Assembly: GCA_039934255.1 (NCBI GenBank)
Contig: JBDTML010000099.1
Coordinates: 1-48,109 of the forward strand
DNA length: 48,109 nucleotides
Source of the DNA: Acidobacteriota bacterium
GTDB taxonomy: Bacteria > Acidobacteriota > Thermoanaerobaculia > UBA5066
Direction of reading: 5' to 3'
Shown: positions 17,824-26,200 of the stretch, piece after piece
Position numbering within the stretch: position 1 is the stretch's first letter
Layout: every line of letters starts with the position of its first letter
Position numbers and translations under genes: made by a program
The notes under the pieces: model-generated
Told to the model about the DNA's origin: nothing
Database searches by the model: none
Seen by the model: the letters and a program-made list of their open reading frames with translations, nothing else

Positions 17824-19707
17824 TTACTCCACCTTGCGCACGTCGCCCAGCCGCCGCGTGAGCTTCTTCGCGTCGAAATACTCGAGCAGCGGAATGAGCG
17901 TCTTGCGCGTGAGCCCGAGGAGATCCCGGAAGCCCGCGACGCTCAGCGTCTGCCCCCGTACCGCTTCGAGCCTTTTCTCCGCGGCGAAGGCGACGTCCCT
18001 GTGGACGACGAGGTCGGGCGAGAGGCGCACGAGCGTGCCGGACTTCACGAGATGCGACACGAGGCCTTCGATGACCGCCGGTTTCGTTCCGAGCACGCGC
18101 GCGAGCTCGTGAGGGTGCGGCGGCTCGAAGAGGGCCACGCGAAACCCGTCCGCGATCTTCGCCGCGAAGGACGCCGAGTCGCCGGCGAGATCCGCGGCCT
18201 TCGACCCGGGCGGGACGACGCGGTCGCCGTCGAGCGCGATCTTCTTTCCGGCGAGAAGAACGGCGATCCATCCGTCCACGGCAGCGGGCGAAAGCGCTTT
18301 CGAAAGCCGTTCGGCAAATTCGCTCTTCGCGAACGAGACCGAAACGCCGCCGCTCTTCCGACGCTCGGCGAAGGCAGCAGCGGCGCGTTCGCCGAGAGAA
18401 GACGCCGTGCCGGCGTGCGCATAGAGAGCGGGCGCGATGCGAAGGGCCTTGCCCGAAGCCGCGAGGGCGTCGAGAAGAACCGCGGCGGCCGGAGCCGGCA
18501 CGCCGAGACGCGGCCCGAGACGCGCCGCGGTGAGGCCCCGCGGGCCGGCTTCGAGGAGGAAGAGATCCGCGAGGTCCCGTTCGTCGCCGCCGGAAAGGAC
18601 GGAGAGGACGTGGACGACGTGGCCCGCGTCCGCGCCGCTCCGGCGTCTCGTTCGCGGGCGCCCGGCGTCGAGCACGCGCCCTCCTCCGACCGTCTCGACG
18701 GGGGAAGGCCGCCTGAGAACGAAGCGGTCGCCCGGACGCGCGGGCAGGGGCGATTCGAGCGTGACCTGGGCGAACCCGTTCGAGAGCGCGTGAACGCGCC
18801 CGGCGACGTCCGCGGTCCCGAGATGGACGCGCAGGCGCGCGCCGTCGGCGAGGGGGCTTCTCAGGGAAGGCAGCCAGGCGATTTCCGCCGTCAGCACGGA
18901 GGAGGGCTCGAGGCCGCCGCGCGCCGCGAGCGCCTGGCCGCGCCGCAGCGTCAAGCGCTCGACGCCCGCGAGGTTCAGGCTCGTCCGTTCGCCCGCCCAG
19001 GCCTCCTTGCGCTCGTCGCCATGGACCTCGATGCGCCGCACGCGCACGTCATGTAGATCGGGAAAGAGCGTCAGCGTGTCCTCGATCGCGATGCGGCCGC
19101 CGTCGAGCGTACCCGTGACCACTGGCCCGAAGCCCTTCATCGTGAATGCGCGGTCGATGAAGAGGCGCGGCACGCGTTTCGTGCGGTCCTGGCGCACCAG
19201 GCCGCGGGCCGCGCGTGTGAGCGCCGCCTTCAGCGCGTCGAGACCGGCTCCCGTGACGACCGAAACCGCGACGATGGGCGCGTTCGCGAGGAACGAGCCC
19301 TTCACGAGAGCGCGGATCTCGTCTTCCACGAGCGCGCCCGTCTCCGCGTCCGTGAGGTCGCTCTTCGTGCGCGCGACCACGCCCGCCGAAACCCCGAGGA
19401 GCTTCAGGATGGCGAGGTGCTCACGGGTCTGCGGCATGACGGAATCGTCCGACGCCACGGTGAAGAGGACCAGATCCACGCCCTGCGCCCCGGCGACCAT
19501 CGTCTTCACGAACTTCTCGTGGCCGGGCACGTCCACGAACGAGAACATCGTGTCGTCCCACGCGGCGTGGGCGAACCCGAGGTCGATCGTGATGCCCCGG
19601 GCCTTCTCCTCCGGCAGGCGGTCGGGGTCCGTCCCCGTCAGCGCTTTGACGAGCGCGCTCTTCCCATGGTCGATGTGGCCGGCGGTGCCGACGAGAACGC
19701 GTCGCAT
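17824..19707 (-). CDS. selB: selenocysteine-specific translation elongation factor
   Basis: MRRVLVGTAGHIDHGKSALVKALTGTDPDRLPEEKARGITIDLGFAHA, DVPGHEKF, TKSDL, and a long winged-helix C-terminal extension. The ATG is the complement of cat 19705-19707. The track start at 19950 adds an implausible 81-aa leader. Confidence 0.88.
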   Translation of the reverse strand: MRRVLVGTAGHIDHGKSALVKALTGTDPDRLPEEKARGITIDLGFAHAAWDDTMFSFVDVPGHEKFVKTMVAGAQGVDLVLFTVASDDSVMPQTREHLAILKLLGVSAGVVARTKSDLTDAETGALVEDEIRALVKGSFLANAPIVAVSVVTGAGLDALKAALTRAARGLVRQDRTKRVPRLFIDRAFTMKGFGPVVTGTLDGGRIAIEDTLTLFPDLHDVRVRRIEVHGDERKEAWAGERTSLNLAGVERLTLRRGQALAARGGLEPSSVLTAEIAWLPSLRSPLADGARLRVHLGTADVAGRVHALSNGFAQVTLESPLPARPGDRFVLRRPSPVETVGGGRVLDAGRPRTRRRSGADAGHVVHVLSVLSGGDERDLADLFLLEAGPRGLTAARLGPRLGVPAPAAAVLLDALAASGKALRIAPALYAHAGTASSLGERAAAAFAERRKSGGVSVSFAKSEFAERLSKALSPAAVDGWIAVLLAGKKIALDGDRVVPPGSKAADLAGDSASFAAKIADGFRVALFEPPHPHELARVLGTKPAVIEGLVSHLVKSGTLVRLSPDLVVHRDVAFAAEKRLEAVRGQTLSVAGFRDLLGLTRKTLIPLLEYFDAKKLTRRLGDVRKVE

Positions 19708-19851
19708 GTCAGTAGATCTTTGCACGGCGATATGCAGGTGCATCCTCCGCAGGCCCGCCGTTAGTACGTGCGTCACGCCTACACTTCCACATGCGCGTCC
19801 CTGACGCGTCCCTGAGCGAAAGGCGGGCATATCGAGTCCATCGAGTCGAAA

Positions 19852-22239
19852 GTGATCACGTTCCTCCGGCGGCTTGTTTTGCTGTTCCTTTTGGGATTGC
19901 TTCCCGCCGTTTCGGTGAACGCGGCCGAGGTTTCTTATTCCATTCTTCACTCTTTTCAGGGCGCGGAACGGTACCCCGAGGCGTCGCTGACTTCAGATGG
20001 CCGCGGGAACCTCTACGGAACGACGGCCTACGGAGGCTCGTGGGACTTCGGCACCATCTTTGCCGTCAGGACGGACGGGACGGAGTTCCGGCGTCTTCAC
20101 ACGTTCGCCGGCGGATCCGGCGACGGAGGCTACTCGTACGCGCCGTTGATCTTCGACGGCGCGGGCACTCTCTATGGAACGACGACACGCGGGGGTTCTT
20201 CGGACGCGGGGACCGTCTTCAGGATCAACGTCGATGGCGGTGGCTTTCAGGTCCTTCACATGTTCGGAGGCGGCCCTGGCGACGGAGCCAACCCTTACGC
20301 GTCGTTGACTCTCGACGGTACGGGAGTTCTCCACGGAACGACGGTCGGAGGCGGGCCTTCGAACGGCGGCACCGTCTTCAAGCTCAGAACGGACGGGAGC
20401 GGCTTCCGGCTCCTTCATGCGTTCGCCGGCGGGGCGAGCGATGGAAGAAGCCCTCGCGCGTCGCTCCTTCTCGATGAATCGGGCAACCTCTATGGGACGA
20501 CGAACTATGGGGGCCAGCCGGCCGTCTACAACGCCTTTGGGGACATCATCGACGGCGCCGGCACCGTCTTCAGGATCAAGACGGATGGAACCGGCTTTCG
20601 GCTTCTGCGTGCGTTCACGATCGACCTGACCGATGTGGCCCCCGCGCCCGACGGCCAGTACCCGTCCGGCGCCCTCACCTCGGACGGCTCGGGAAACCTC
20701 TTTGGAATGACCATAGGCGGGGGCGAGGCGGGCGGCGGGACCGTGTTCAAGATCGGGACGGATGGCTCGAGCTTTCGGATCCTCCATTTATTTGCGGGAA
20801 ACGACGGGTGGCACCCGGTCGGCTCTCTGGTGCTGGATCGCGCGGGGAACCTCTATGGGATGACGGCAGACGGCGGAACGGGAAATCAAGCGACGATCTT
20901 CAAGGTAAAGACGGACGCGACGGAATACCAGGTTTTGCGCACGTTCGTCGACGCGCCTGACGGAAAAGGGCCGACAGGCTCTCTGATTCTGGACGGTCCC
21001 GGGACGCTCTACGGGACGATGGCTTACGGCGGCTCGTCGAGCTCGGGCACCGTCTTCCGCATCAGCACCGGCGGAAACCTCTTCCAGGTTCTGTACGCGT
21101 TCGCGGGTTTCTCGAACGACGGCGGCCGTCCCTGGGCGTCCTTGATTCCGGATGGGTCGGGCTACCTCTATGGGACGACGGCTTTCGGAGGATTCTCGTA
21201 CGAAGGCATCGTCTTCCGGATCAGATCCGATGGCACAGGCTTCCGTCTGCTGCACGCATTCAGCGGCGGCCTCGACGACGGAGCCGAACCGCGGGCTTCT
21301 TTGCTCCTGGATCGCGCGGGAAACCTCTATGGGACGACGACACGCGGCGGTTTGTCGGATCGCGGCATCGCTTTCAAGCTGAGGAAAGACGGGACGAGCT
21401 TCCAGCTCATCCATACCTTCATCGGCGGCGCCAGCGACGGTGCCCGACCGTTATCTGGGTTGATTCTCGACGGCGCGGACAACCTCTATGGAACGACAAG
21501 CGAAGGTGGCCTCTCGGACCTGGGCACCGTATTCAGGATGAAGACAGACGGAACAGGCTTTCAGCTCCTGCACGAATTCACCGTCAACGCGACCGGGGGA
21601 GCACCGCCTTTCGCATCCCTGGTGCTCGATGGATCCGGAAACCTCTACGGGACGACCCTCTACGGGGGCTCGGGCCTCCACGGCACCATTTTCAAGCTGA
21701 GATCGGACGGCACGGGCTTCCTGGTGCTGCACTCGTTCACCGATCGTGCGGACGATGGCAAATGGCCTTCGGCTCCTCTCATCGTGGACGGGGTGGGAAA
21801 CCTCTACGGGACCACGTCCTCGGGAGGTTCGTCCGGGCTGGGCGGCACCGTCTTCACGCTGAGAGCGGACGGCACGGGATTCCACGTCCTGCACTCGTTC
21901 ACGGGCGATCGAAGCGACGGAGGCGGCCCAACCGGGGTGATCCGGGACGCTTTCGGGAATCTCTACGGAACGACAAATTCCGGGGGGCCATCTCAAGCCG
22001 GAACGATCTACACGTTGAGAACGGACGGGACCGCCTACCAGGTCCTCCACTCATTCGGCGATGAGCCGGGCGACGGGCGAAACCCGGTTGCTTCCCTCTT
22101 CTTCGACGGCTCGGGGACCCTCGTCGGGACGACGCTGGGCGGAGGCGTGGGTGGCACCGGAACCGTGTTCGCTCTTTCGATTGGCGGACGTCGCACAGTC
22201 GTCATGCCGGGTCCATTCGTGCCCGTTCGAAGGCGATGA
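19852..22239 (+). CDS. secreted tandem-repeat protein of the Gloeo_Verruco (GloVer) repeat type
   Basis: Signal peptide MITFLRRLVLLFLLGLLPAVSVNA. There are 14 units of about 53 aa, each with ...DG.GNLYGTT..GG....GTVF.l..DGtgF.vLH.F... GTG start. Confidence 0.85.
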   Translation: MITFLRRLVLLFLLGLLPAVSVNAAEVSYSILHSFQGAERYPEASLTSDGRGNLYGTTAYGGSWDFGTIFAVRTDGTEFRRLHTFAGGSGDGGYSYAPLIFDGAGTLYGTTTRGGSSDAGTVFRINVDGGGFQVLHMFGGGPGDGANPYASLTLDGTGVLHGTTVGGGPSNGGTVFKLRTDGSGFRLLHAFAGGASDGRSPRASLLLDESGNLYGTTNYGGQPAVYNAFGDIIDGAGTVFRIKTDGTGFRLLRAFTIDLTDVAPAPDGQYPSGALTSDGSGNLFGMTIGGGEAGGGTVFKIGTDGSSFRILHLFAGNDGWHPVGSLVLDRAGNLYGMTADGGTGNQATIFKVKTDATEYQVLRTFVDAPDGKGPTGSLILDGPGTLYGTMAYGGSSSSGTVFRISTGGNLFQVLYAFAGFSNDGGRPWASLIPDGSGYLYGTTAFGGFSYEGIVFRIRSDGTGFRLLHAFSGGLDDGAEPRASLLLDRAGNLYGTTTRGGLSDRGIAFKLRKDGTSFQLIHTFIGGASDGARPLSGLILDGADNLYGTTSEGGLSDLGTVFRMKTDGTGFQLLHEFTVNATGGAPPFASLVLDGSGNLYGTTLYGGSGLHGTIFKLRSDGTGFLVLHSFTDRADDGKWPSAPLIVDGVGNLYGTTSSGGSSGLGGTVFTLRADGTGFHVLHSFTGDRSDGGGPTGVIRDAFGNLYGTTNSGGPSQAGTIYTLRTDGTAYQVLHSFGDEPGDGRNPVASLFFDGSGTLVGTTLGGGVGGTGTVFALSIGGRRTVVMPGPFVPVRRR
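19939..22180 (+). repeat. 14 diverged coding tandem repeats of about 160 bp (GloVer units)
   Basis: Counted from the recurring (N/T)L(Y/F/H/V)G(T/M)(T/M)xxGG cores in the translation: NLYGTTAYGG, TLYGTTTRGG, VLHGTTVGGG, NLYGTTNYGG, NLFGMTIGGG, NLYGMTADGG, TLYGTMAYGG, YLYGTTAFGG, NLYGTTTRGG, NLYGTTSEGG, NLYGTTLYGG, NLYGTTSSGG, NLYGTTNSGG, TLVGTTLGGG. Confidence 0.85.
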
Positions 22240-22284
22240 GCCAAATGGTCGGCGGGGACTCGCCCGCTCGGTCATTCATCTGCC

Positions 22285-23952
22285 TCAATACTCCGGCCCG
22301 GTAAAGGTCGTGGACTTCTCGCGTGGAAGCGGCTCGCCCGCGAGCTTAGCCCGCGCGTGTTTGGCGACCCTCAGGCCGTCGAGGGCCGCCGAGACGATGC
22401 CGCCCGCGAAGCCCGCTCCCTCGCCGGCGGGGAAGAGGCCGGGCACGGTCGGAGACTCGCACCAGCCATCGCGCTCGATGCGGATGGGCGAGGACGTGCG
22501 CGACTCGGGGGCGAGGAGGATCGCCTCGTCGGAGACGAAGCCCGGCATCTTCTTGTCGAACGCCTTGAGCGCTTCGGCGAGAGCCTCGAGATAGGGCTCG
22601 GGCAGGATGCCGTCGAAGAGCGCGGGAACGACGGCCGGGCCGTAGGTCGTGTGCGGGATCTCCCGTGGCTCGATGCGACGCGTCCGACTCTTCAGAAAGT
22701 CCGTTACGCGGAGCGCCGGTGCCGCGTACGTCGAGCCTCCGGCGCGGAACGCCGCCTCCTCGACGCGGCGCTGGAGCTCTCTGCCGCGCAGAAGAGATTC
22801 ACCCGCCATCGCGTCGAAATCCCCGTCCCGCGTCTGGACGACGAGCCCCGCATTCGCGTAGCCGGAGGCGCGCTTGTAGCGCGACATCCCGTTCGTCACG
22901 ACGCCCCCGGGCTCCGACGAGCACGCGATGACCTCGCCGCCCGGGCACATGCAGAACGTGTAGACGCCGCGCCCGTTCGAGGCGACGTACGCCTGCTTGT
23001 AGTCGGCGGGCATCACGCCGCACGACGAGGAGACCTGCGCGTACTGGATGAGGTCCACGGCGTCCTGCGGGTGCTCGATGCGAAGGCCCATCGCGAAGTG
23101 CTTGCGCGTCATCGCGACGCCGCGCCGGACGAGCATCTCCATCGTGTCGCGGGCCGAGTGGCCGAGCGCGAAGATCGCGAGGTCGGCGGGGATCTCCTCC
23201 CCCGAAGAGAGCCGCAGCGACCGGAGGCGGTTCTCCTTTCCGCTCGTGACGAAATCCACGACCTTCGCCCGAAAGCGCAGCGTGGCGCCGTGCTCGAGGA
23301 GGTGCTTGCGGATGTTGCGCAGGACGACGACGAGTCGGTCCGTGCCGATGTGCGGTTTGGCGTCGACGAGAATCGAAGCCGGCGCGCCGAAGCGGCGCAG
23401 CGTCTCGAGGACGACCGCGATCTTGTCGTGGCGCTTGCCGCACGTCAGCTTCCCGTCGCTGAACGTTCCGGCTCCGCCTTCCCCGAACTGCACGTTCGAC
23501 TCGGGATCGAATACGCCCGACGTCCAGAATTTCATCACGGCGCGGTAGCGATCTTCGGCCGGATCTCCCCGCTCGAGGACGGTGACGGGAATGCCCGCGT
23601 CCACGAGCGCGAGCGCCGCGAAAAGGCCCGCGGGCCCGGTGCCGACCACGGCCGTCTTCGCGGTCCTTTCGACCGGTGGGAGGAGGAGCTCGGGGCCGCG
23701 AGGAGCCTGTGCGAGGGCGAGATGGAGGGGCGGGGAAAGCCGGAGCGCGAGCGGAGCCTCGGACGAAAACTCCACACTCAGGTCCCAGAAGAGCGCGGGT
23801 TTCTGCCGCGCGTCCAGGGACCGGCGCACGAGGACGAAATCGGAGAGGCCGTCTTTCGAAATGCCGAGCGCGCTCGCGACGGCGGCGAGGTCGATGCTTT
23901 TCGGGGCCCGCGCCCTGAGGCCCGACAGTCGATAGCGAAACGGGCCCGGCAC
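22285..23952 (-). CDS. NAD(P)/FAD-dependent oxidoreductase (COG2509-like)
   Basis: Dinucleotide-binding VVGTGPAGLFAALALVDAGIPVTVLERG, and C-terminal GLFPAGEGAGFAGGIVSAALDG. GTG 23952 is chosen because the track start at 24039 would overlap the divergent gene. Confidence 0.8.
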   Translation of the reverse strand: MPGPFRYRLSGLRARAPKSIDLAAVASALGISKDGLSDFVLVRRSLDARQKPALFWDLSVEFSSEAPLALRLSPPLHLALAQAPRGPELLLPPVERTAKTAVVGTGPAGLFAALALVDAGIPVTVLERGDPAEDRYRAVMKFWTSGVFDPESNVQFGEGGAGTFSDGKLTCGKRHDKIAVVLETLRRFGAPASILVDAKPHIGTDRLVVVLRNIRKHLLEHGATLRFRAKVVDFVTSGKENRLRSLRLSSGEEIPADLAIFALGHSARDTMEMLVRRGVAMTRKHFAMGLRIEHPQDAVDLIQYAQVSSSCGVMPADYKQAYVASNGRGVYTFCMCPGGEVIACSSEPGGVVTNGMSRYKRASGYANAGLVVQTRDGDFDAMAGESLLRGRELQRRVEEAAFRAGGSTYAAPALRVTDFLKSRTRRIEPREIPHTTYGPAVVPALFDGILPEPYLEALAEALKAFDKKMPGFVSDEAILLAPESRTSSPIRIERDGWCESPTVPGLFPAGEGAGFAGGIVSAALDGLRVAKHARAKLAGEPLPREKSTTFTGPEY

Positions 23953-23984
23953 GGGTTGTATTCTGAGGCTATCCTTCAGTCCGG

Positions 23985-24728
23985 ATGATCGCTCTCGTCC
24001 TCGCGGCCGGTTTCGGCACGCGCTTCCGGCCCGAAACACTCACACGGCCCAAACCCCTCCTCCCGCTCGGCGGCCGGCCAATCCTCTTCCACGTTTTCGA
24101 CCATCTCCTCGGAGAAGGCGCGGACGCCTTCGTCGTGAACGCGCACCATCTCGCGGAGGACCTGCGCCGCGCCGTCGGGGAGTCGTACGCGGGCGTCCCC
24201 GTCGCATGGTCCGTCGAGGAGGAGATTCTCGGGACGGCCGGCGGCATCCGGCGTGCGCACGCGCGCGGCCTGCTCGGGAGCGGTTCGTTCCTCGTCGCGA
24301 ACGGCGACGCCTTCACGACGCTCCCGCTCGGGCGTCTCCTTGCCCGCCGGCACGAGGCGGACGTCGCGTCGGCGCTCGCCGTCCTTCCGAACGGGAATCC
24401 TTCCGCCGACACGCCCCTCTGGGCCGACGCGAAAGGAAGGCTCGTCGCCGTGGGGGGCGAACGCCCCGGCGAGGACGTCACGGGGCCGTGGCTCTTCACC
24501 GGGCTCCAGGCCGCCACGCCCGCGCTCGCCGCGCGCATCCCCCCCGGTTTCCGCGAGCTCGCGCGGGACGTCCTCGCGCCGTCGGTTGCGGCCGGAGACG
24601 GCGCCTTCGCGCTCGTTCCGTACGCGCCGTCCGACGGGCTCTTTTTCGACCTCGGCACGCGCGAACGTCTGGCCGCGGCCGAGGTCGCCATCGCGGCCGC
24701 CGCGGCGCGGGCGCGCGCCGCCCACTGA
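23985..24728 (+). CDS. nucleotidyltransferase family protein (sugar-1-phosphate nucleotidylyltransferase-like)
   Basis: MIALVLAAGFGTRFRPETLTRPKPLLPLGGRPIL and EEEILGTAGGI signatures. Confidence 0.8.
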   Translation: MIALVLAAGFGTRFRPETLTRPKPLLPLGGRPILFHVFDHLLGEGADAFVVNAHHLAEDLRRAVGESYAGVPVAWSVEEEILGTAGGIRRAHARGLLGSGSFLVANGDAFTTLPLGRLLARRHEADVASALAVLPNGNPSADTPLWADAKGRLVAVGGERPGEDVTGPWLFTGLQAATPALAARIPPGFRELARDVLAPSVAAGDGAFALVPYAPSDGLFFDLGTRERLAAAEVAIAAAAARARAAH

Positions 24729-24733
24729 GACCG

Positions 24734-25318
24734 TCACCATCTCTTGATCCACTTCAGGGTCTTGCCGTGCCAGGTGAAGATCTGGATCTTCGCGTTCGCG
24801 GGCGTGACGCGGACGGCCGCCTGGCGGCGCTTCCTGTTCGAGAGATAGACGGAGCCCGGCGATGCCTTCCCGAGCGGCGAGAACGAGCAGATGTCCGAGC
24901 GGCCGAAACGAAGCGGATCGGCGAGGTTGCCGATCGGCGCGCCTCCAGGGTCGAGGTCGTTGAAGCCCGGCACGAAGGAGAACGAGATGCCGGGATACTT
25001 GCTTCGGAACCAGTAGGGTCCCGCGACGAGGCGGTCGACGCCCTTGCGGATGTCGGCCGTCGTGACGCCGTTGCCGTTCCCGTCCTGATAGACGGAAAGG
25101 ACGAGGTCTCCGCCCGAGGAGACCCACTTGACCCCGACTTCGGCGCCCTGGAAGACGGCGCGCGCGCGCGCCGCGGTCAGGATGGCGGAGACCTCTCGAG
25201 CGGCGGCCTGGAGACCCTCCTCGGCAAGCAAATCGCTGAGAGCCGGGAAGCTGAGCGTGAACACGATGCCGAGGATCAGAAGGACGACGACGAGCTCGGG
25301 AAGGGAGTTGCCACGCAT
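24734..25318 (-). CDS. GspH/FimT-family pseudopilin (prepilin-type N-terminal methylation motif)
   Basis: N-terminus MRGNSLPELVVVLLILGIVFTLSFPAL (G-x4-E followed by a hydrophobic helix), then AAAREVSAILTAARARAV typical of GspH/FimT. Basic C-terminal stretch NRKRRQ (24821-24838). Confidence 0.75.
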   Translation of the reverse strand: MRGNSLPELVVVLLILGIVFTLSFPALSDLLAEEGLQAAAREVSAILTAARARAVFQGAEVGVKWVSSGGDLVLSVYQDGNGNGVTTADIRKGVDRLVAGPYWFRSKYPGISFSFVPGFNDLDPGGAPIGNLADPLRFGRSDICSFSPLGKASPGSVYLSNRKRRQAAVRVTPANAKIQIFTWHGKTLKWIKRW

Positions 25319-25393
25319 GATCGGCTTCCTCCGCGAGGGCGGATGGGCGGCCCGGCGGGGAGCCCGCGCGGGCCGCCTTCTCCGCCATCCTGG

Positions 25394-25801
25394 TCAGGCC
25401 TTCGCCTTTTTCCCGCCGGAGGCGCCGGACTTCTTCGTCGTCTTCGAGGCGCCGCGCGTTCCCTTCGACGTGACCTTTTCGGCGAGGGTCGTGGGGCCGC
25501 TTACCGTGAGGTACGGCTTGAGCGTCGTGAAGAATTTCTCGCCCACGCCCTTGACCTCCATGAGGTCCTCGATGCGTTTGAACGGACCGTGCTGGGCACG
25601 ATGCGCGACGATCCGGTCGGCCAGCTTCGCGCCGACGCGCGGCAGGCGCGCAAGCTCGGTCGAGGCCGCCTGGTTGATGTTGACGGTCTTGTGGGGCGCG
25701 GCCACGTCGCCTTCCGCCACAGCGGGGTGAGACGCGAGACCGGAAAGCGACAGCCCGAGGACGGGCACGACGAGGGCGCGGACGATTGGACGCAGGACCA
25801 T
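25394..25801 (-). CDS. comEA: ComEA-family helix-hairpin-helix DNA-binding protein with a Lys-rich tail
   Basis: Signal peptide, then VNINQAASTELARLPRVGAKLADRIVAHRAQHGPFKRIEDLMEVKGVGEKFFTTLKPYL. AAGGAG Shine-Dalgarno sequence upstream on the minus strand. Confidence 0.88.
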   Translation of the reverse strand: MVLRPIVRALVVPVLGLSLSGLASHPAVAEGDVAAPHKTVNINQAASTELARLPRVGAKLADRIVAHRAQHGPFKRIEDLMEVKGVGEKFFTTLKPYLTVSGPTTLAEKVTSKGTRGASKTTKKSGASGGKKAKA

Positions 25802-25879
25802 TGGAAACTCCTTTCGAGTTCGTTGACGTTGAGGAAATTCAGGACATTCCGGGATTCGGGTGTGTTCCTTCCGCTTATT

Positions 25880-25895
25880 CCCGGGCGCGCCCGGG
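25880..25895. repeat. perfect 16-bp palindrome cccgggcgcgcccggg in the comEA/ubiX divergent intergenic region
   Basis: Read directly from the sequence; it equals its own reverse complement. Confidence 0.9.
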
Positions 25896-26200
25896 TGCGC
25901 GTCTCGTTCACTTCATCGGCCGCGTCTCCTTTCGCGTCACGGCATCGCACGTGTCGTGCCCCATGCGCGTGGAGGAACGTAAGGCGCTCGCTCCGGGGAA
26001 GTTGCGCGGGAGAGGCCGAGGTGCTGACGCGAGCCAACTGTCAGGGCAGCCTGTCAGCGCGATGGGCTTGCGGTCGTAACCTACTGTTCGAAAGTGACTT
26101 AGGTGGCCGCACGAATGCGTCGGCCCCCGACAACCGCCCCTGACACCCCGATCCCGCCCGCGGCCTTCGCCGTAGGACAATCGAACCGGCAGGAGACTTC

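Noticed and set aside
19939-22180. Could the periodic repeats here, or at 2-145, be a CRISPR array?
   Set aside because: The repeats are in-frame coding units without unique spacers of constant length. No cas genes or leader are present in the window.
17824-22239. Search for an in-frame TGA (selenocysteine) gene near selB
   Set aside because: All neighbouring genes are uninterrupted, and no adjacent same-frame ORF pairs separated by a single TGA were seen anywhere in the window.
25786-26180. ORFs 25786-26079 (+) and 25908-26180 (-) in the comEA/ubiX spacer
   Set aside because: Arg/Gly-rich and mutually overlapping, with no ribosome-binding sites or motifs. Treated as non-coding; the region is kept as a finding instead.
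25802-26200. Possibility that the two long spacers (25802-26200 and 28333-28677) encode RNase P RNA, tmRNA, SRP RNA or 6S RNA
   Set aside because: I scanned both strands by eye for GAGGAAAGTCC / ACAGAA (RNase P), a tRNA-like 3' end with GGTTCGA..CC pairing plus CCA (tmRNA), and GGAAGCAGCC (SRP). None is present. This cannot exclude unknown RNAs without a covariance search.
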